64,000 bases of DNA, taken from the NCBI RefSeq assembly GCF_058153355.1, contig NZ_CM177019.1. One strand, 5' to 3'. A program made the position numbers and the translations under genes. The notes beneath the pieces are model-generated. The model was given only the letters and a program-made list of their open reading frames with translations. It was not told where the DNA came from and did no database searches. This document shows positions 17,106 through 28,389 of the stretch, in pieces. Each line of letters opens with the position of its first letter. Position 1 is the stretch's first letter.

Positions 17106-18533
17106 TTAGACAATCTCTTCCGCGTACTGCCAAAGCGCTTTTAACAGCGCCACTTTTTCTTTATCGTCGGCATACTGCTGCGCCAGCATCTGAATCTCTT
17201 CTGCATAGCCTTGTAAAAACTCTGGCGTGAAGACCTGGCGGCGGTGCTCCAGCCAGCGTTGCTGCTCGGCATAATCCAGCGTCCCCGGGAAGTTGCGCGC
17301 CCGATAATTGAACAACAGCTTTTCAATTCGTTTATCAACAAAAGTGATATCCAGTGCCGGTAAATTACGCGGCTCGGTTTCCAGCACAATTTTCATTGCT
17401 GCACGATCGGCGTCACTGAAAAAGCCGTTATAAAGCTGTGCATCCACATTATCTGAAGGTGTAAACGGTTCGGCTTCCACGAATATCGCTACCACTTTTT
17501 CACGCACTTGCGGATTTTCACGCAGAATTTTTAGGTTATCGAGGCAATGCTGACGATTAATTCCCAGTCGGTCGGCATCTTCCGGGCGTAGCGTATTCGC
17601 CTGGGCCAGTACCGGACATTTATTGATATGTACCAGCTTAACCGGAACGGCGGCGTTATCGCCAAGATCGGCTTTTGCGGTATATAAACGCTCGCGCAAT
17701 GTGTCGCTATCCAGCTCCAGTAATGGCGAAATGTCTCCTGCCAAATCCACCATAATTACGGCATTGCGATTTTCAGGATGCCACGCCAGCGGTGCCACCC
17801 AGCTTGTATTGCCGCGCCATGCCCCAAACATTCCGGAAACGTGAACCAGGGGTTTCATCTGAGGAACATCAATCAACGCCATTAGTTTGTGTTTATTACG
17901 ATGGGTAAAGAGATAATCAAACAGGCGTGGCTGACGCGTTTTTACCAGTTTTGCCATCGCAATAGTGGCGTACACATCAGCCATCGCATCGTGGGCGTTG
18001 CTATGTTCAATACCATTCGCTTTGGTTAAATGCTCAAGGCGAAAGCTCGGTAGACCGTCATCATTTTCAGGCCAATTTATTCCTTCCGGGCGCAGGGCAT
18101 AACAGGCACGCATAACATCCAGTAAATCCCAGCGCGAGTTATCATGCTGCCAGCTCCAGGCGTAAGGATCGTAGAAATTACGATAAAAAACGTTGCGTGT
18201 GACTTCGTCGTCGAAACGCACATTGTTGTAGCCCAGAATACAGGTCTTCGGTACGGTAAAAAGCGAGTGAATACGGGCGGCAAACGCGGCTTCGTTTTCT
18301 CCTTTCGCTCGTGCCTCCTGCGGGGTAATACCGGTAATTAATACTGCTCCAGGCTGGGGTAAATAGTCATCCGCGGGCTTGCAGTAAAAGACTTCGGGTT
18401 CGCCGATGACATTGAATTCGTCATCGGTGCGAATGGCTGCGAACTGTGCAGGGCGATCTAACGCGGGGTGCGTGCCAAAGGTTTCGTAATCGTGAAACAA
18501 AAAGGTAGATTGTTGCTTACCGTCATTCATCAT
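17106..18533 (-). CDS. sbcB: Exodeoxyribonuclease I
   Basis: ORF 17106-18581; start trimmed to MMNDGKQQSTFLFHDYETFG (DEDDh exonuclease motif). Confidence 0.93.
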   Translation of the reverse strand: MMNDGKQQSTFLFHDYETFGTHPALDRPAQFAAIRTDDEFNVIGEPEVFYCKPADDYLPQPGAVLITGITPQEARAKGENEAAFAARIHSLFTVPKTCILGYNNVRFDDEVTRNVFYRNFYDPYAWSWQHDNSRWDLLDVMRACYALRPEGINWPENDDGLPSFRLEHLTKANGIEHSNAHDAMADVYATIAMAKLVKTRQPRLFDYLFTHRNKHKLMALIDVPQMKPLVHVSGMFGAWRGNTSWVAPLAWHPENRNAVIMVDLAGDISPLLELDSDTLRERLYTAKADLGDNAAVPVKLVHINKCPVLAQANTLRPEDADRLGINRQHCLDNLKILRENPQVREKVVAIFVEAEPFTPSDNVDAQLYNGFFSDADRAAMKIVLETEPRNLPALDITFVDKRIEKLLFNYRARNFPGTLDYAEQQRWLEHRRQVFTPEFLQGYAEEIQMLAQQYADDKEKVALLKALWQYAEEIV

Positions 18534-18741
18534 TAGGTTAAATCCGTTATTTCTGCTGTCTGCCAGAGTATCAAATATCACCGTGCTAATCAGCTTTAGC
18601 GCGACAATTTGACAGCGAGTGACAACAGATCATGTCAGATAAAAATGAGAGGGTAGTCACATTTTCTTGCACTTTATTCCAGCCAGTTCATAAGTATTTC
18701 CGTAAAAAGAACAGCTATTTGAAACTCCTGAGGGTTTGCTG

Positions 18742-19908
18742 TTGAAACGCCGTCTTATTATTGCTGCTTCTTTGTTCATTTTTAACTTATCGTCTGGTTT
18801 TGCGGCGGAAAACATTCCTTTTTCACCTCAGCCTCCACAGATTCATGCCGGGTCCTGGGTACTGATGGATTACACCACCGGTCAGATCCTCACCGCGGGT
18901 AATGAGCATCAACAGCGCAATCCCGCCAGCCTGACAAAGCTGATGACGGGTTATGTCGTGGATCGCGCTATCGATAGTCATCGCATTACGCCAGACGATA
19001 TTGTCACCGTGGGGCGCGATGCGTGGGCGAAAGATAATCCGGTGTTTGTCGGTTCTTCACTGATGTTTTTGAAAGAGGGCGATCGCGTATCGGTACGTGA
19101 TTTAAGCCGTGGTTTAATTGTGGATTCCGGAAATGACGCTTGTGTTGCTCTGGCTGACTATATTGCCGGTGGGCAACGGCAGTTTGTTGAAATGATGAAC
19201 AACTATGCCGAGAAGCTGCATCTCAAGGATACGCATTTTGAAACAGTGCATGGTCTGGATGCACCTGGCCAGCATAGCTCGGCTTATGATTTAGCTGTGC
19301 TTTCTCGCGCTATCATCCACGGCGAGCCCGAGTTTTATCATATGTACAGTGAGAAAAGTCTCACCTGGAACGGTATCACCCAGCAAAACCGTAACGGGTT
19401 GTTGTGGGATAAAACCATGAATGTTGACGGCCTGAAAACGGGTCATACTTCTGGTGCCGGGTTTAATCTCATTGCTTCGGCTGTAGATGGGCAGCGTCGT
19501 CTCATTGCAGTGGTAATGGGGGCTGACAGTGCAAAAGGTCGTGAGGAAGAGGCAAGAAAATTACTGCGTTGGGGGCAACAAAACTTTACTACGGTGCAAA
19601 TTTTGCACCGTGGGAAAAAGGTCGGAACGGAACGCATCTGGTATGGCGATAAAGAAAATATCGACCTGGGAACGGAACAAGAGTTCTGGATGGTGCTACC
19701 GAAAGCCGAAATTCCACATATCAAAGCCAAATATACCCTTGATGGTAAAGAGCTCACCGCGCCAATTAGCGCCCATCAGCGGGTAGGGGAAATTGAACTT
19801 TACGACCGTGATAAACAGGTGGCGCACTGGCCGCTGGTTACCCTGGAATCTGTCGGGGAAGGCAGCATGTTTTCTCGCCTGAGTGATTATTTCCACCATA
19901 AGGCCTGA
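18742..19908 (+). CDS. dacD: D-alanyl-D-alanine carboxypeptidase (PBP6b)
   Basis: ORF with signal peptide and SxxK motif (PASLTKLMT), SGN motif; likely TTG start at 18742 after GAGGG RBS (18736 alternative). Confidence 0.88.
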   Translation: MKRRLIIAASLFIFNLSSGFAAENIPFSPQPPQIHAGSWVLMDYTTGQILTAGNEHQQRNPASLTKLMTGYVVDRAIDSHRITPDDIVTVGRDAWAKDNPVFVGSSLMFLKEGDRVSVRDLSRGLIVDSGNDACVALADYIAGGQRQFVEMMNNYAEKLHLKDTHFETVHGLDAPGQHSSAYDLAVLSRAIIHGEPEFYHMYSEKSLTWNGITQQNRNGLLWDKTMNVDGLKTGHTSGAGFNLIASAVDGQRRLIAVVMGADSAKGREEEARKLLRWGQQNFTTVQILHRGKKVGTERIWYGDKENIDLGTEQEFWMVLPKAEIPHIKAKYTLDGKELTAPISAHQRVGEIELYDRDKQVAHWPLVTLESVGEGSMFSRLSDYFHHKA

Positions 19909-20026
19909 CCTTTCTTTTGCAGCAGACTGGCAGGAGTGCGAGTCTGCTCGCATAATCAACACTCATTCCTTGTGGTTTTAATTTTGCAACTATACTGTAT
20001 ATAAAAACAGCATCAATGGAGGCGTC

Positions 20027-20500
20027 ATGAACTACGAGATTAAGCAGGAAGAGAAACGTACCGTTGCAGGTTTCCATCTCGTTGGCCCGTGGGAACAGAC
20101 GGTAAAGAAAGGTTTTGAGCAGTTGATGATGTGGGTAGATAGCAAAAATATTGTGCCGAAGGAGTGGGTTGCTGTCTATTACGACAATCCGGATGAAACA
20201 CCCGCCGAAAAATTACGCTGCGACACCGTCGTGACGGTACCGAATAACTTTACGCTCCCCGAAAACAGTGAGGGCGTCATTCTGACAGAAATTTCAGGTG
20301 GTCAATATGCGGTGGCGGTGGCTCGTGTAGTCGGTGATGATTTTGCTAAACCCTGGTATCAGTTCTTTAATAGCCTCTTGCAGGACAGTGCTTATGAAAT
20401 GTTACCAAAGCCCTGCTTCGAGGTTTACTTGAACAATGGCGCGGAAGATGGGTACTGGGATATCGAAATGTATGTTGCGGTGCAGCCAAAACATCACTAA
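20027..20500 (+). CDS. sbmC: DNA gyrase inhibitor
   Basis: 157-aa [27 protein letters not shown]; conserved position. Confidence 0.9.
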   Translation: MNYEIKQEEKRTVAGFHLVGPWEQTVKKGFEQLMMWVDSKNIVPKEWVAVYYDNPDETPAEKLRCDTVVTVPNNFTLPENSEGVILTEISGGQYAVAVARVVGDDFAKPWYQFFNSLLQDSAYEMLPKPCFEVYLNNGAEDGYWDIEMYVAVQPKHH

Positions 20501-20697
20501 TTCATCTCAGGGCGGTGTGTTAACGCGAAGACCACTCTTTTTTTGAAAGCGAAAAGAGTAAGATGCGCCTTTCAAATTTTTCGCTCCTGCCGGGAAATTA
20601 CACTGTTCCCGGTATGTCCGTCGGATAACTCAGAGGCGCGCCTTCTGGCCGACAGATGTGTTATGAGCGCTTTTCATCTTCATTACGGAGTTTCTGA

Positions 20698-21756
20698 GTG
20701 TGTGCCGATAAGTCATTAAGCCCGTTTGAAATCCGGGTATACCGCCATTACCGCATTGTGCATGGTACTCGGGTCGCGCTGGCATTCCTGCTCACTTTTC
20801 TCATTATCCGCCTGTTTACTATCCCGGAAAGCACCTGGCCGCTGGTCACCATGGTGGTGATTATGGGGCCAATCTCGTTCTGGGGGAACGTTGTCCCTCG
20901 TGCCTTCGAACGTATTGGCGGTACGGTGTTGGGGTCGATTTTAGGTCTTATCGCTCTGCAACTGGAGTTAATTTCGTTACCGCTGATGTTAGTCTGGTGC
21001 GCGGCGGCGATGTTTCTTTGCGGTTGGCTGGCGCTGGGCAAGAAACCGTATCAAGGATTATTGATTGGGGTGACGCTGGCAATTGTTGTGGGTTCCCCGA
21101 CAGGTGAAATTGATACGGCGTTATGGCGAAGCGGCGATGTGATCCTCGGCTCTTTACTGGCAATGTTGTTTACCGGTATCTGGCCACAACGGGCGTTCAT
21201 CCACTGGCGCATTCAACTGGCGAAAAGTCTGACCGAGTATAATCGGGTCTATCAATCTGCATTCTCACCGAACTTACTCGAACGCCCACGTCTGGAAAGC
21301 CATCTACAAAAACTGCTGACCGATGCCGTGAAAATGCGTGGGCTGATTGCGCCCGCCAGCAAAGAAACCCGTATTCCCAAATCGATATATGAAGGTATCC
21401 AGACCATTAACCGCAATCTGGTTTGTATGCTGGAGTTGCAAATCAATGCGTACTGGGCCACGCGCCCCAGCCATTTCGTGTTATTGAACGCGCAAAAACT
21501 TCGTGATACCCAGCACATGATGCAGCAAATACTGCTGAGCCTTGTTCATGCGCTGTACGAAGGTAATCCGCAGCCGGTTTTTGCCAATACGGAAAAATTG
21601 AACGATGCTGTGGAAGAGCTGCGTCAGTTGCTCGATAACCACCATGACCTGAAGGTTGTGGAAACACCAATCTATGGTTATGTGTGGCTGAACATGGAAA
21701 CGGCACATCAGCTTGAGTTGCTATCGAATCTGATTTGCCGGGCCTTGCGCAAATAA
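20698..21756 (+). CDS. yeeA: FUSC-like inner membrane protein
   Basis: 352-aa ORF, N-terminal TM helices; conserved position. Confidence 0.85.
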   Translation: MCADKSLSPFEIRVYRHYRIVHGTRVALAFLLTFLIIRLFTIPESTWPLVTMVVIMGPISFWGNVVPRAFERIGGTVLGSILGLIALQLELISLPLMLVWCAAAMFLCGWLALGKKPYQGLLIGVTLAIVVGSPTGEIDTALWRSGDVILGSLLAMLFTGIWPQRAFIHWRIQLAKSLTEYNRVYQSAFSPNLLERPRLESHLQKLLTDAVKMRGLIAPASKETRIPKSIYEGIQTINRNLVCMLELQINAYWATRPSHFVLLNAQKLRDTQHMMQQILLSLVHALYEGNPQPVFANTEKLNDAVEELRQLLDNHHDLKVVETPIYGYVWLNMETAHQLELLSNLICRALRK

Positions 21757-21927
21757 TTCCTGAACTTCAGAATCATCTTGCTGCTGCTTCGATTCAGCAA
21801 GGATAAAGGGTATGATAGTGAAAAGGGATAAAAGCATTGTCATCTGCGGCAGCTATGAGTAATGTTGGCCCTAACGAATAGCGGTTGCTTAAACGAATCC
21901 GACTCTCACATTATCAGGGGTATAAAA

Positions 21928-22257
21928 ATGGAAACTACCAAGCCTTCATTCCAGGACGTACTGGAATTTGTTCGTCTGTTCCGTCGTAAGAACAAACTGC
22001 AACGTGAAATTCAGGACGTTGAGAAAAAGATCCGTGACAACCAGAAGCGCGTCCTGTTGCTGGACAACCTGAGCGATTACATCAAGCCAGGGATGAGCGT
22101 TGAAGCAATCCAGGGCATCATCGCCAGCATGAAAGGTGACTATGAAGATCGCGTTGACGATTACATCATCAAAAATGCCGAGCTCTCCAAAGAACGCCGC
22201 GATATCTCCAAAAAGCTGAAAGCTATGGGCGAAATGAAAAACGGCGAAGCGAAGTAA
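21928..22257 (+). CDS. yeeX: UPF0265 protein YeeX
   Basis: ORF 21862-22257; start set at [24 protein letters not shown]. Confidence 0.88.
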   Translation: METTKPSFQDVLEFVRLFRRKNKLQREIQDVEKKIRDNQKRVLLLDNLSDYIKPGMSVEAIQGIIASMKGDYEDRVDDYIIKNAELSKERRDISKKLKAMGEMKNGEAK

Positions 22258-22357
22258 TTCCCGTTTTATTCAATGAGGGTTGCCCGGCAACCCTCATTGC
22301 TCATTGATTCTTATCTGTGTATCACCGTCATCATTCTCATCTGAGAACCAATCGAAA

Positions 22358-22585
22358 TTAACAACAGCCTTCTTCTGTATGCAGCAAGGCAAAAAGTTCT
22401 GTAACTCCATTGTTATTAACTGCACTGGTTACTAACACGTTGTGCGCTCCAGCTTCCCGTAACCAACTTTTCACCAAAGATATTTGTTCCATGCTGGCTA
22501 AATCTGCTTTGGTTACTACTCCAATGACCGGGTGATTCATGGCCCGGTAGGGCGTTTTTACCTCTAATTCCTGCTTCAGCGCTGA
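22358..22585 (-). pseudogene. Fragment of EutP/PduV-like GTPase (yoeF-like island-edge remnant)
   Basis: C-terminal-like peptide ...NHPVIGVVTKADLASMEQISLVKSWLREAGAHNVLVTSAVNNNGVTELFALL with no intact N-terminus; the upstream part of the ORF is antisense to an IS66-like fragment. Confidence 0.4.
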
Positions 22586-22599
22586 GATTCCTGCTTGTT

Positions 22600-22770
22600 G
22601 CCGGAAAAGCAGGCACCTGCCGTCTGAACGGTATCGATCCGGAAGCGTATCTGCGCCATATTCTGAGCATACTGCCGGAATGGCCCTCCAACCGTGTTGA
22701 CGAACTCCTGCCATGGAACGTAGTTCTCACCAATAAATAAGCGTCAATACGGTGCTCCGTTGACGCTGAT
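22600..22770 (+). mobile_element. IS66-family transposase 3' remnant and terminal repeat tip
   Basis: Encodes ...GIDPEAYLRHILSILPEWPSNRVDELLPWNVVLTNK*, matching the C-terminus of the intact IS66-family TnpC at 41197-42768; end sequence resembles the IS66 terminal repeat. Confidence 0.7.
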
Positions 22771-24280
22771 ATGACTTTCCGTGTCAAACCGGAATCTCTA
22801 ATTTTGACGATTTTCTTTTTAGGTTTAATTCCCTGAGGGCGACGTAGCAGTAAATCCGACGGTGAATCACGCTGATATTCGCGGGTTGGATACCGCATTA
22901 CAGAGGTCCGTCATATGAGCCTGCCACTTTCTTACGTCGCGAATCAGCTTTGTTCCGCCGTCGCCAAGCGCTAACGTGGGTTACTCTTGTACCGGGCTAC
23001 GTCGCCTTCAGGGAACTGGTTATTCTCATTTTTTATTTGTGACATTGTGGTTGTTGTGCGACAGACATTGCTATTCGGCCCATATCCCAGATAAAACCCG
23101 CCAGCTCACGTGCAACAGCAACAATTGTAATATTGACATTCTTTCCTTTGGCCTGAAGTTTTCGATACCTCTTACAAAGCCTGAGTTGAGCATCCCATGC
23201 TCTGTCAATGACGGGGCGGGGTAAATTTTCCTGCCTTTTTTGTATTGCCGGACTGATGCGTGCCGGATGACGGTAACTCCACGCTGCCTCGACCAATAGC
23301 TTTCTGGCATAGCTGTTTCCGGCTTTGGTAATGCTGCCCTGATGTCTGCTTCCACCCGATGAATATTCTGATGGCGTGATACCAAACCATGACATCAGTT
23401 GTCGTGGATGTTCAAAACGGGTCAGATCACCCAGTTCAGAAATTAATCCAACCGCAGTAATAAACTGAATCCCTCGCATGGCTTGCAGCGCCTCTACTAC
23501 CGGATACAGCCTCCATTCGGTAACGGCCTCCTTCAGGGCGGATTCCAGCCGTTCACATTGTGCCTGCCGGTCTTCTATTGTACGACGGTGTTCGTCAAAA
23601 GCTAATTGTCGCCAGGGACTTTCGAATGAGTATTTGCTGAGCCAGCGTCGGTGTGCAGGGCCCCAATCTGCTCGCCCGACATAATGGACCCCATGAACCA
23701 GAAGAAACGATTTCAGACGTTGCCTTGCATGCCGTAAATCATCGCGGGCAGATGCCCATGCCCGGGCCAAATCCCGGAATGCCTCATCTTCAATGCCGGG
23801 TACGTAGACAGCAGAAAGATCTCCTGCACGCAGTGAACGCACAAGTCTGATGGCATCACGGCGATCGGTTTTAACCCGCTCCCCCGGTTTTTTCGGGATA
23901 AGTGAGGGGGCGCAGACCATGCAGTCAAAACCGGATTTCACCAGCCGACGATAAAGTCCATAACCACAGGGCCCCGCTTCATAAACGATACTGACCTGCG
24001 ATGACTTTGACCTGAGACGTTTACAAAGATTCTGAATATCAGTAGGTGATGTGCCAATTTTACCCATCAGTTCAACAGGTTCTGAATTGATAGCATAAGC
24101 GACAGTAATCGATTCTTTGTGAACATCTAACCCGACGTACAATGTGTTATTGTTGTTCATGCTGGCCTCCGTGGTGGAAATACCGGGGTGTAGCAACAGC
24201 TCACCCATGCGGCTCTGACAACGATGTTAACCCGCGTTAAATATCCCACGTTGGCCAGCATCTGTCTCACGGAAAGTCAT
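22771..24280 (-). mobile_element. IS110-family insertion sequence, copy 1 (about 1,510 bp, 13-bp imperfect terminal inverted repeats ATGACTTTCCGTG)
   Basis: Identical to copy 2 at 54561-56070 in inverted orientation; ends atgactttccgtg (22771) and cacggaaagtcat (24268-24280). Confidence 0.85.
23033..24160 (-). CDS. IS110-family DEDD transposase/recombinase
   Basis: ORF 23033-24208; start set at MNNNNTLYVGLDVHK; N-terminal RuvC-like DEDD region (GLDVHK, YEAGPCGY, DRRDA) and C-terminal IS110 domain (ITKAGNSYARKLL). Confidence 0.88.
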   Translation of the reverse strand: MNNNNTLYVGLDVHKESITVAYAINSEPVELMGKIGTSPTDIQNLCKRLRSKSSQVSIVYEAGPCGYGLYRRLVKSGFDCMVCAPSLIPKKPGERVKTDRRDAIRLVRSLRAGDLSAVYVPGIEDEAFRDLARAWASARDDLRHARQRLKSFLLVHGVHYVGRADWGPAHRRWLSKYSFESPWRQLAFDEHRRTIEDRQAQCERLESALKEAVTEWRLYPVVEALQAMRGIQFITAVGLISELGDLTRFEHPRQLMSWFGITPSEYSSGGSRHQGSITKAGNSYARKLLVEAAWSYRHPARISPAIQKRQENLPRPVIDRAWDAQLRLCKRYRKLQAKGKNVNITIVAVARELAGFIWDMGRIAMSVAQQPQCHK

Positions 24281-24398
24281 ACTGCCTTACCTTTTCTCAG
24301 GCTATTTTTGCTTTTTTTTGCTTTTCCCCGCCACTTTATGGTGATTATCACATCAATATACATCGATAGATATTAACGTAACTGAAGTGAGGTGAAGC

Positions 24399-25613
24399 AT
24401 GAAATTTGAACGCCATCATGAAATATTGAAACGACTCAGTAAATTCGGTTCTGTAAAAGTATCCGATCTGTCCAATAGCCTCAATGTAACGAAAGAAACT
24501 ATTCGTTCAGATCTTAATGAACTTGCCAGGCTTGGCTATCTGACTCGATGTCATGGCGGTGCTTTTATCGTCCTAGACTCGCTTGATACTATTGCGAAAA
24601 ATGAAATCGCTTATGCGCTTGAAAATTATGATACAGCCCAGGGAATAAAAAAAGGCCACTCAACTATGAAAAGTCAAGTATGCGTTATTGGTTCGTTTAA
24701 TGTTGATATCATCAGTTATTTGCCGAGGCTTCCCACTATCGGAGAATCGCTTCTGGCAAGTAATTTTATATTTTCACCGGGGGGAAAAGGCTGTAACCAG
24801 GCGCTGGCAGCAAGCTTTGCCGATACTGATGTTTATTTCATAACAAAAGTAGGTACAGATCACTTTAGTGATTATGCGATCAACTTTATGAATTCGTCTA
24901 AGATTTATAAAAGTATAATTTATCAAACGAAAGAAACGCAAACCGGAACTGCCACGATCCTTGTTAATGAAGGTACTGGCGATAATGTTATTGCGATCTA
25001 TCCCGGTGCCAACATGACAATGTCGTCCGATGAAATAACTATTCAGAAAGAAGCGATTATTAATTCTGATGTCATACTTCTGCAGCTCGAAACAAATTAT
25101 ACCGCTCTGCAACAAGCGATCACATTGGCGCAAAAAAACAGTATCCCGGTCACTATTAACCCGGCACCCTATAATGATATCGTCAACGAACTTATTCAGG
25201 ATGTTGATTATATCACCCCCAATGAAACAGAAGCTGGTTTACTGTCCGGCATAGACGTACACGATCTTGAATCAGCTAAACGAGCTGCAGAAGCTATCCA
25301 CAATAAAGGGGTAAAAAACACGGTTATCACGCTCGGTAGCAAGGGCTCGCTCGCATTTGATGGCAAAAAATTCATTCATTCGCCAGCGTTTCCAGCGGTC
25401 GTTAAAAATACGGCAGGAGCCGGGGATGCGTTTAACGGCTCTCTGGCATCAGGACTTGCGAAAGGAAAATCACTGGAATCAGCACTGTGTTATGCCAGCG
25501 CCTTTGCATCCCTAGCGGTGGAGACAAGCAATGCTTCCGACATGCCTGAACATGAATCTGTGATACATCGAATTCAGAGTATACATTATCAGCAAACTAT
25601 TTTTACGCATTAA
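24399..25613 (+). CDS. DeoR-type HTH regulator fused to a PfkB/ribokinase-family sugar kinase domain
   Basis: 404-aa ORF; N-terminal 60 aa HTH (VSDLSNSLNVTKETIRSDLNELA), then PfkB motifs (GGKGCNQA; NTAGAGDAFNGSLA). Confidence 0.75.
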   Translation: MKFERHHEILKRLSKFGSVKVSDLSNSLNVTKETIRSDLNELARLGYLTRCHGGAFIVLDSLDTIAKNEIAYALENYDTAQGIKKGHSTMKSQVCVIGSFNVDIISYLPRLPTIGESLLASNFIFSPGGKGCNQALAASFADTDVYFITKVGTDHFSDYAINFMNSSKIYKSIIYQTKETQTGTATILVNEGTGDNVIAIYPGANMTMSSDEITIQKEAIINSDVILLQLETNYTALQQAITLAQKNSIPVTINPAPYNDIVNELIQDVDYITPNETEAGLLSGIDVHDLESAKRAAEAIHNKGVKNTVITLGSKGSLAFDGKKFIHSPAFPAVVKNTAGAGDAFNGSLASGLAKGKSLESALCYASAFASLAVETSNASDMPEHESVIHRIQSIHYQQTIFTH

Positions 25614-25626
25614 GAAGGGACAGAGA

Positions 25627-26385
25627 ATGAATAACACCAAAAAATCACTAAAAGTGCTCTTTATTGGGGAATCCTGGCATATTCATATGATTCATTCAAA
25701 AGGATATGACAGTTTTACCTCAAGTAAATATGAAGAAGGTGCGACCTGGTTACTCCAGTGTCTGAAAAATAGTCAGGTAGATGTCACCTATATGCCAGCA
25801 CATACGGTACAAATTGCCTTCCCTGAAGATGTGGCACAGTTAGAACAATATGATGCCATCGTTATTAGTGATATTGGTAGTAATACTTTCCTGCTACAAA
25901 ATGATACTTTTTATCAGCTTCGCATAAAACCAAACGCTCTCGAACTGATTAAAGAATATGTGAATAACGGTGGTGGGTTATTGATGATTGGCGGCTATCT
26001 CTCATTCATGGGAATTGAAGCAAAAGCCAATTATAAAAATACAGTTCTGGCTGATGTGCTCCCGGTTACGATGTTAGATGGTGACGATCGTGTCGAAAAA
26101 CCAGAGGGTGTTATTGCACAGCCATCACAACCTGAACATCCAGTTATTAAAGGGTTCTCTGAATATCCTTTTTTCCTAGGTTATAACCGGGCGATCGCTA
26201 AAGAAAATGCTGAGGTGGTATTAACAATAAACAACGCTCCATTACTGGTCTTTGGTAACTATCACAACGGGAAAATAGCCTGCTTTATGAGTGACTGTTC
26301 ACCGCACTGGGGTACACAGCAGTTTATGTCCTGGCCGTTCTATACCGCGTTGTGGGTAAATATACTGACTCATATTGCAAGATAA
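25627..26385 (+). CDS. ThuA-like / class I glutamine amidotransferase-like protein
   Basis: 252-aa ORF; family assignment by recognition of the overall sequence pattern, not verified. Confidence 0.55.
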   Translation: MNNTKKSLKVLFIGESWHIHMIHSKGYDSFTSSKYEEGATWLLQCLKNSQVDVTYMPAHTVQIAFPEDVAQLEQYDAIVISDIGSNTFLLQNDTFYQLRIKPNALELIKEYVNNGGGLLMIGGYLSFMGIEAKANYKNTVLADVLPVTMLDGDDRVEKPEGVIAQPSQPEHPVIKGFSEYPFFLGYNRAIAKENAEVVLTINNAPLLVFGNYHNGKIACFMSDCSPHWGTQQFMSWPFYTALWVNILTHIAR

Positions 26386-26441
26386 TAATAATAATGGGGT
26401 AACTCCAGTTACTCCATTTACTATAATAGAAGGATTGATGT

Positions 26442-27407
26442 ATGAAAAAGAATAAGTACTCAACTCCCTTATGGATGCTTGCCACGATTCTTGCGGGTAT
26501 GCTCTCCCCTATGCAATCAGCGGTGAATGGTCAATTAGGTCACTGGTTACAGGATGGTAATGCATGCGCAGTTATCTCCTTTGCCAGTGGTTTAGTCGTG
26601 ATGTTTTTTATTATTATGGCGCGAAAAGAAACCCGGCAACAATTTGCGGCAATTCCTTCTCTGATTAAAAACCGAAAAGTTCCTCTCTGGAACTGGTTTG
26701 CCGGTCTCTGTGGAGCGATGGTGGTATTTTCTGAAGGCGCATCAGCCAGCGCACTCGGGGTCGCAACGTTTCAAACCGCACTGATCTCCGCGCTATTGCT
26801 GTCTGGTTTACTTTGCGATCGCTTTGGTATCGGTGTCGACGAGAAAAAATACTTTACCCCTTATCGCATCATCGGTGCATTATTTGCGGTTATTGCTACG
26901 ATTTTTGTTGTGTCACCTCAGTGGCATTCTACCTCTTTCATCTTACTTGCCATTCTTCCGTTCTTAGCTGGTTTGCTTGCAGGATGGCAGCCCGCTGGAA
27001 ATGCAAAAGTAGCTGAAGCTACGGGATCCATGCTGGTTTCAATCACCTAGAATTTCATCGTTGGATTTTGTGTTTTAGGCACAGCGCTAGCTATTCGTGT
27101 CGCATTAGGGCACGTCACTGTTCAATTACCAGATGTCTGGTGGATGTATCTTGGCGGCCCGCTTGGACTAATGTCTATCGGTTTAATGGCCATTTTGGTC
27201 AGAGGTCTGGGGTTACTGATGCTGGGGGGTGCTTCAACGGCGGGCCAGTTACTGGGATCAGTATTGATTGACGTATTAATTCCATCGCTGGGCAATAGCG
27301 TTTATCTGGTCACGATCATCGGAACACTGTTTGCACTGGTCGGTGCAATTGTTACCACTATTCCGGAATACAGAACCTCGAAAACAATGAAGAAAATGGA
27401 GGTATAA
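26442..27407 (+). pseudogene. DMT-superfamily (YdcZ/DUF606-like) membrane transporter interrupted by an in-frame TAG
   Basis: Two same-frame ORFs (26442-27050, 27144-27407) separated only by TAG at 27048-27050; frame stays open and hydrophobic across the stop. Confidence 0.65.
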
Positions 27408-27483
27408 TCATGAAAGATTATCTACAAACTGTGACGGGCCCCGTCGCCCGTGAAGATATGGGGCTAACACTTTGGATTTGCCC

Positions 27484-28389
27484 CTATATTTCCAGACACC
27501 TGTTATCACTTAACCCATTACTGGCCTGCTGCCGCAGATATTCCCGTGGCGAGCGATAACCCAGTGCACTATGCGGATGCCATTCGTTATAATGCTCGAA
27601 CGCCTCTGCAAGGTTCTTTGCTGCCGTTAACCCGTCTGGTTTAGGCATGATACTGATGTAGTCACGCTTTATCGTTTTCACGAAGCTCTCTGCTATGCCG
27701 TTACTCTCCGGACTCCGCACCGCCGTGTTCTTCGGTTCAAGCCCCAACATCCGGGCAAACTGCCGTGTTTCATTAGCCCGGTAGCATGAACCATTATCCG
27801 TCAGCCACTCTACTGGAGACGCCGGAAGCTCGTTGCCGAAGCGGCGTTCCACCGCTCCCAGCATTACGTCCTGTACTGTTTCACTGTCGAAGCCGCCCGT
27901 AGTGACTGCCCAGTGCAGTGCCTCACGGTCACAGCAGTCCAGCGCGAACGTGACTCGCAGTTTTTCTCCGTTATCACAGCGGAACTCGAACCCGTCAGAG
28001 CACCATCGTTGATTGCTTTCTTTCACGGCCACTTTGCCAGTATGTGCCCGTTTCGATGGCGGTACAGCGGTTTTTCGCTCAAGCAACAGCGCATTCTGGC
28101 GCATGATCCGGTAAACACGTTTGGCATTGATCGCAGGCATACCATCAAGTTCGGCCTGTCTGCGAAGCAGCGCCCATACCCGACGATAACCATACGTGGG
28201 CAGCTCTCCGATAACATGGTGTATACGGAGAAGCACATCCGTATCATCTGAGTGACGGCTGCGGCGACCATCTTTCCAGTCATCGGTTCGTCTGAGAATT
28301 ACGTGCAACTGCGCACGCGACACCCGGAGACAACGGCTGACTAAGCTTACTCCCCATCCCCGGGCAATAAGGGCGCGTGCGCTATCCAC
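27484..28389 (-). CDS. insD: IS2 transposase OrfB (InsD, DDE integrase domain)
   Basis: 301-aa ORF recognised as IS2 OrfB. Confidence 0.9.
   Translation of the reverse strand: MDSARALIARGWGVSLVSRCLRVSRAQLHVILRRTDDWKDGRRSRHSDDTDVLLRIHHVIGELPTYGYRRVWALLRRQAELDGMPAINAKRVYRIMRQNALLLERKTAVPPSKRAHTGKVAVKESNQRWCSDGFEFRCDNGEKLRVTFALDCCDREALHWAVTTGGFDSETVQDVMLGAVERRFGNELPASPVEWLTDNGSCYRANETRQFARMLGLEPKNTAVRSPESNGIAESFVKTIKRDYISIMPKPDGLTAAKNLAEAFEHYNEWHPHSALGYRSPREYLRQQASNGLSDNRCLEI

Noticed and set aside
22416-22898. 160-aa ORF (and its twin at 55943-56395) overlapping the IS110-family end
   Set aside because: Reads antisense through the non-coding end of the IS and the flanking IS66-like remnant; no ribosome-binding site; the two copies diverge exactly where the flanks diverge.
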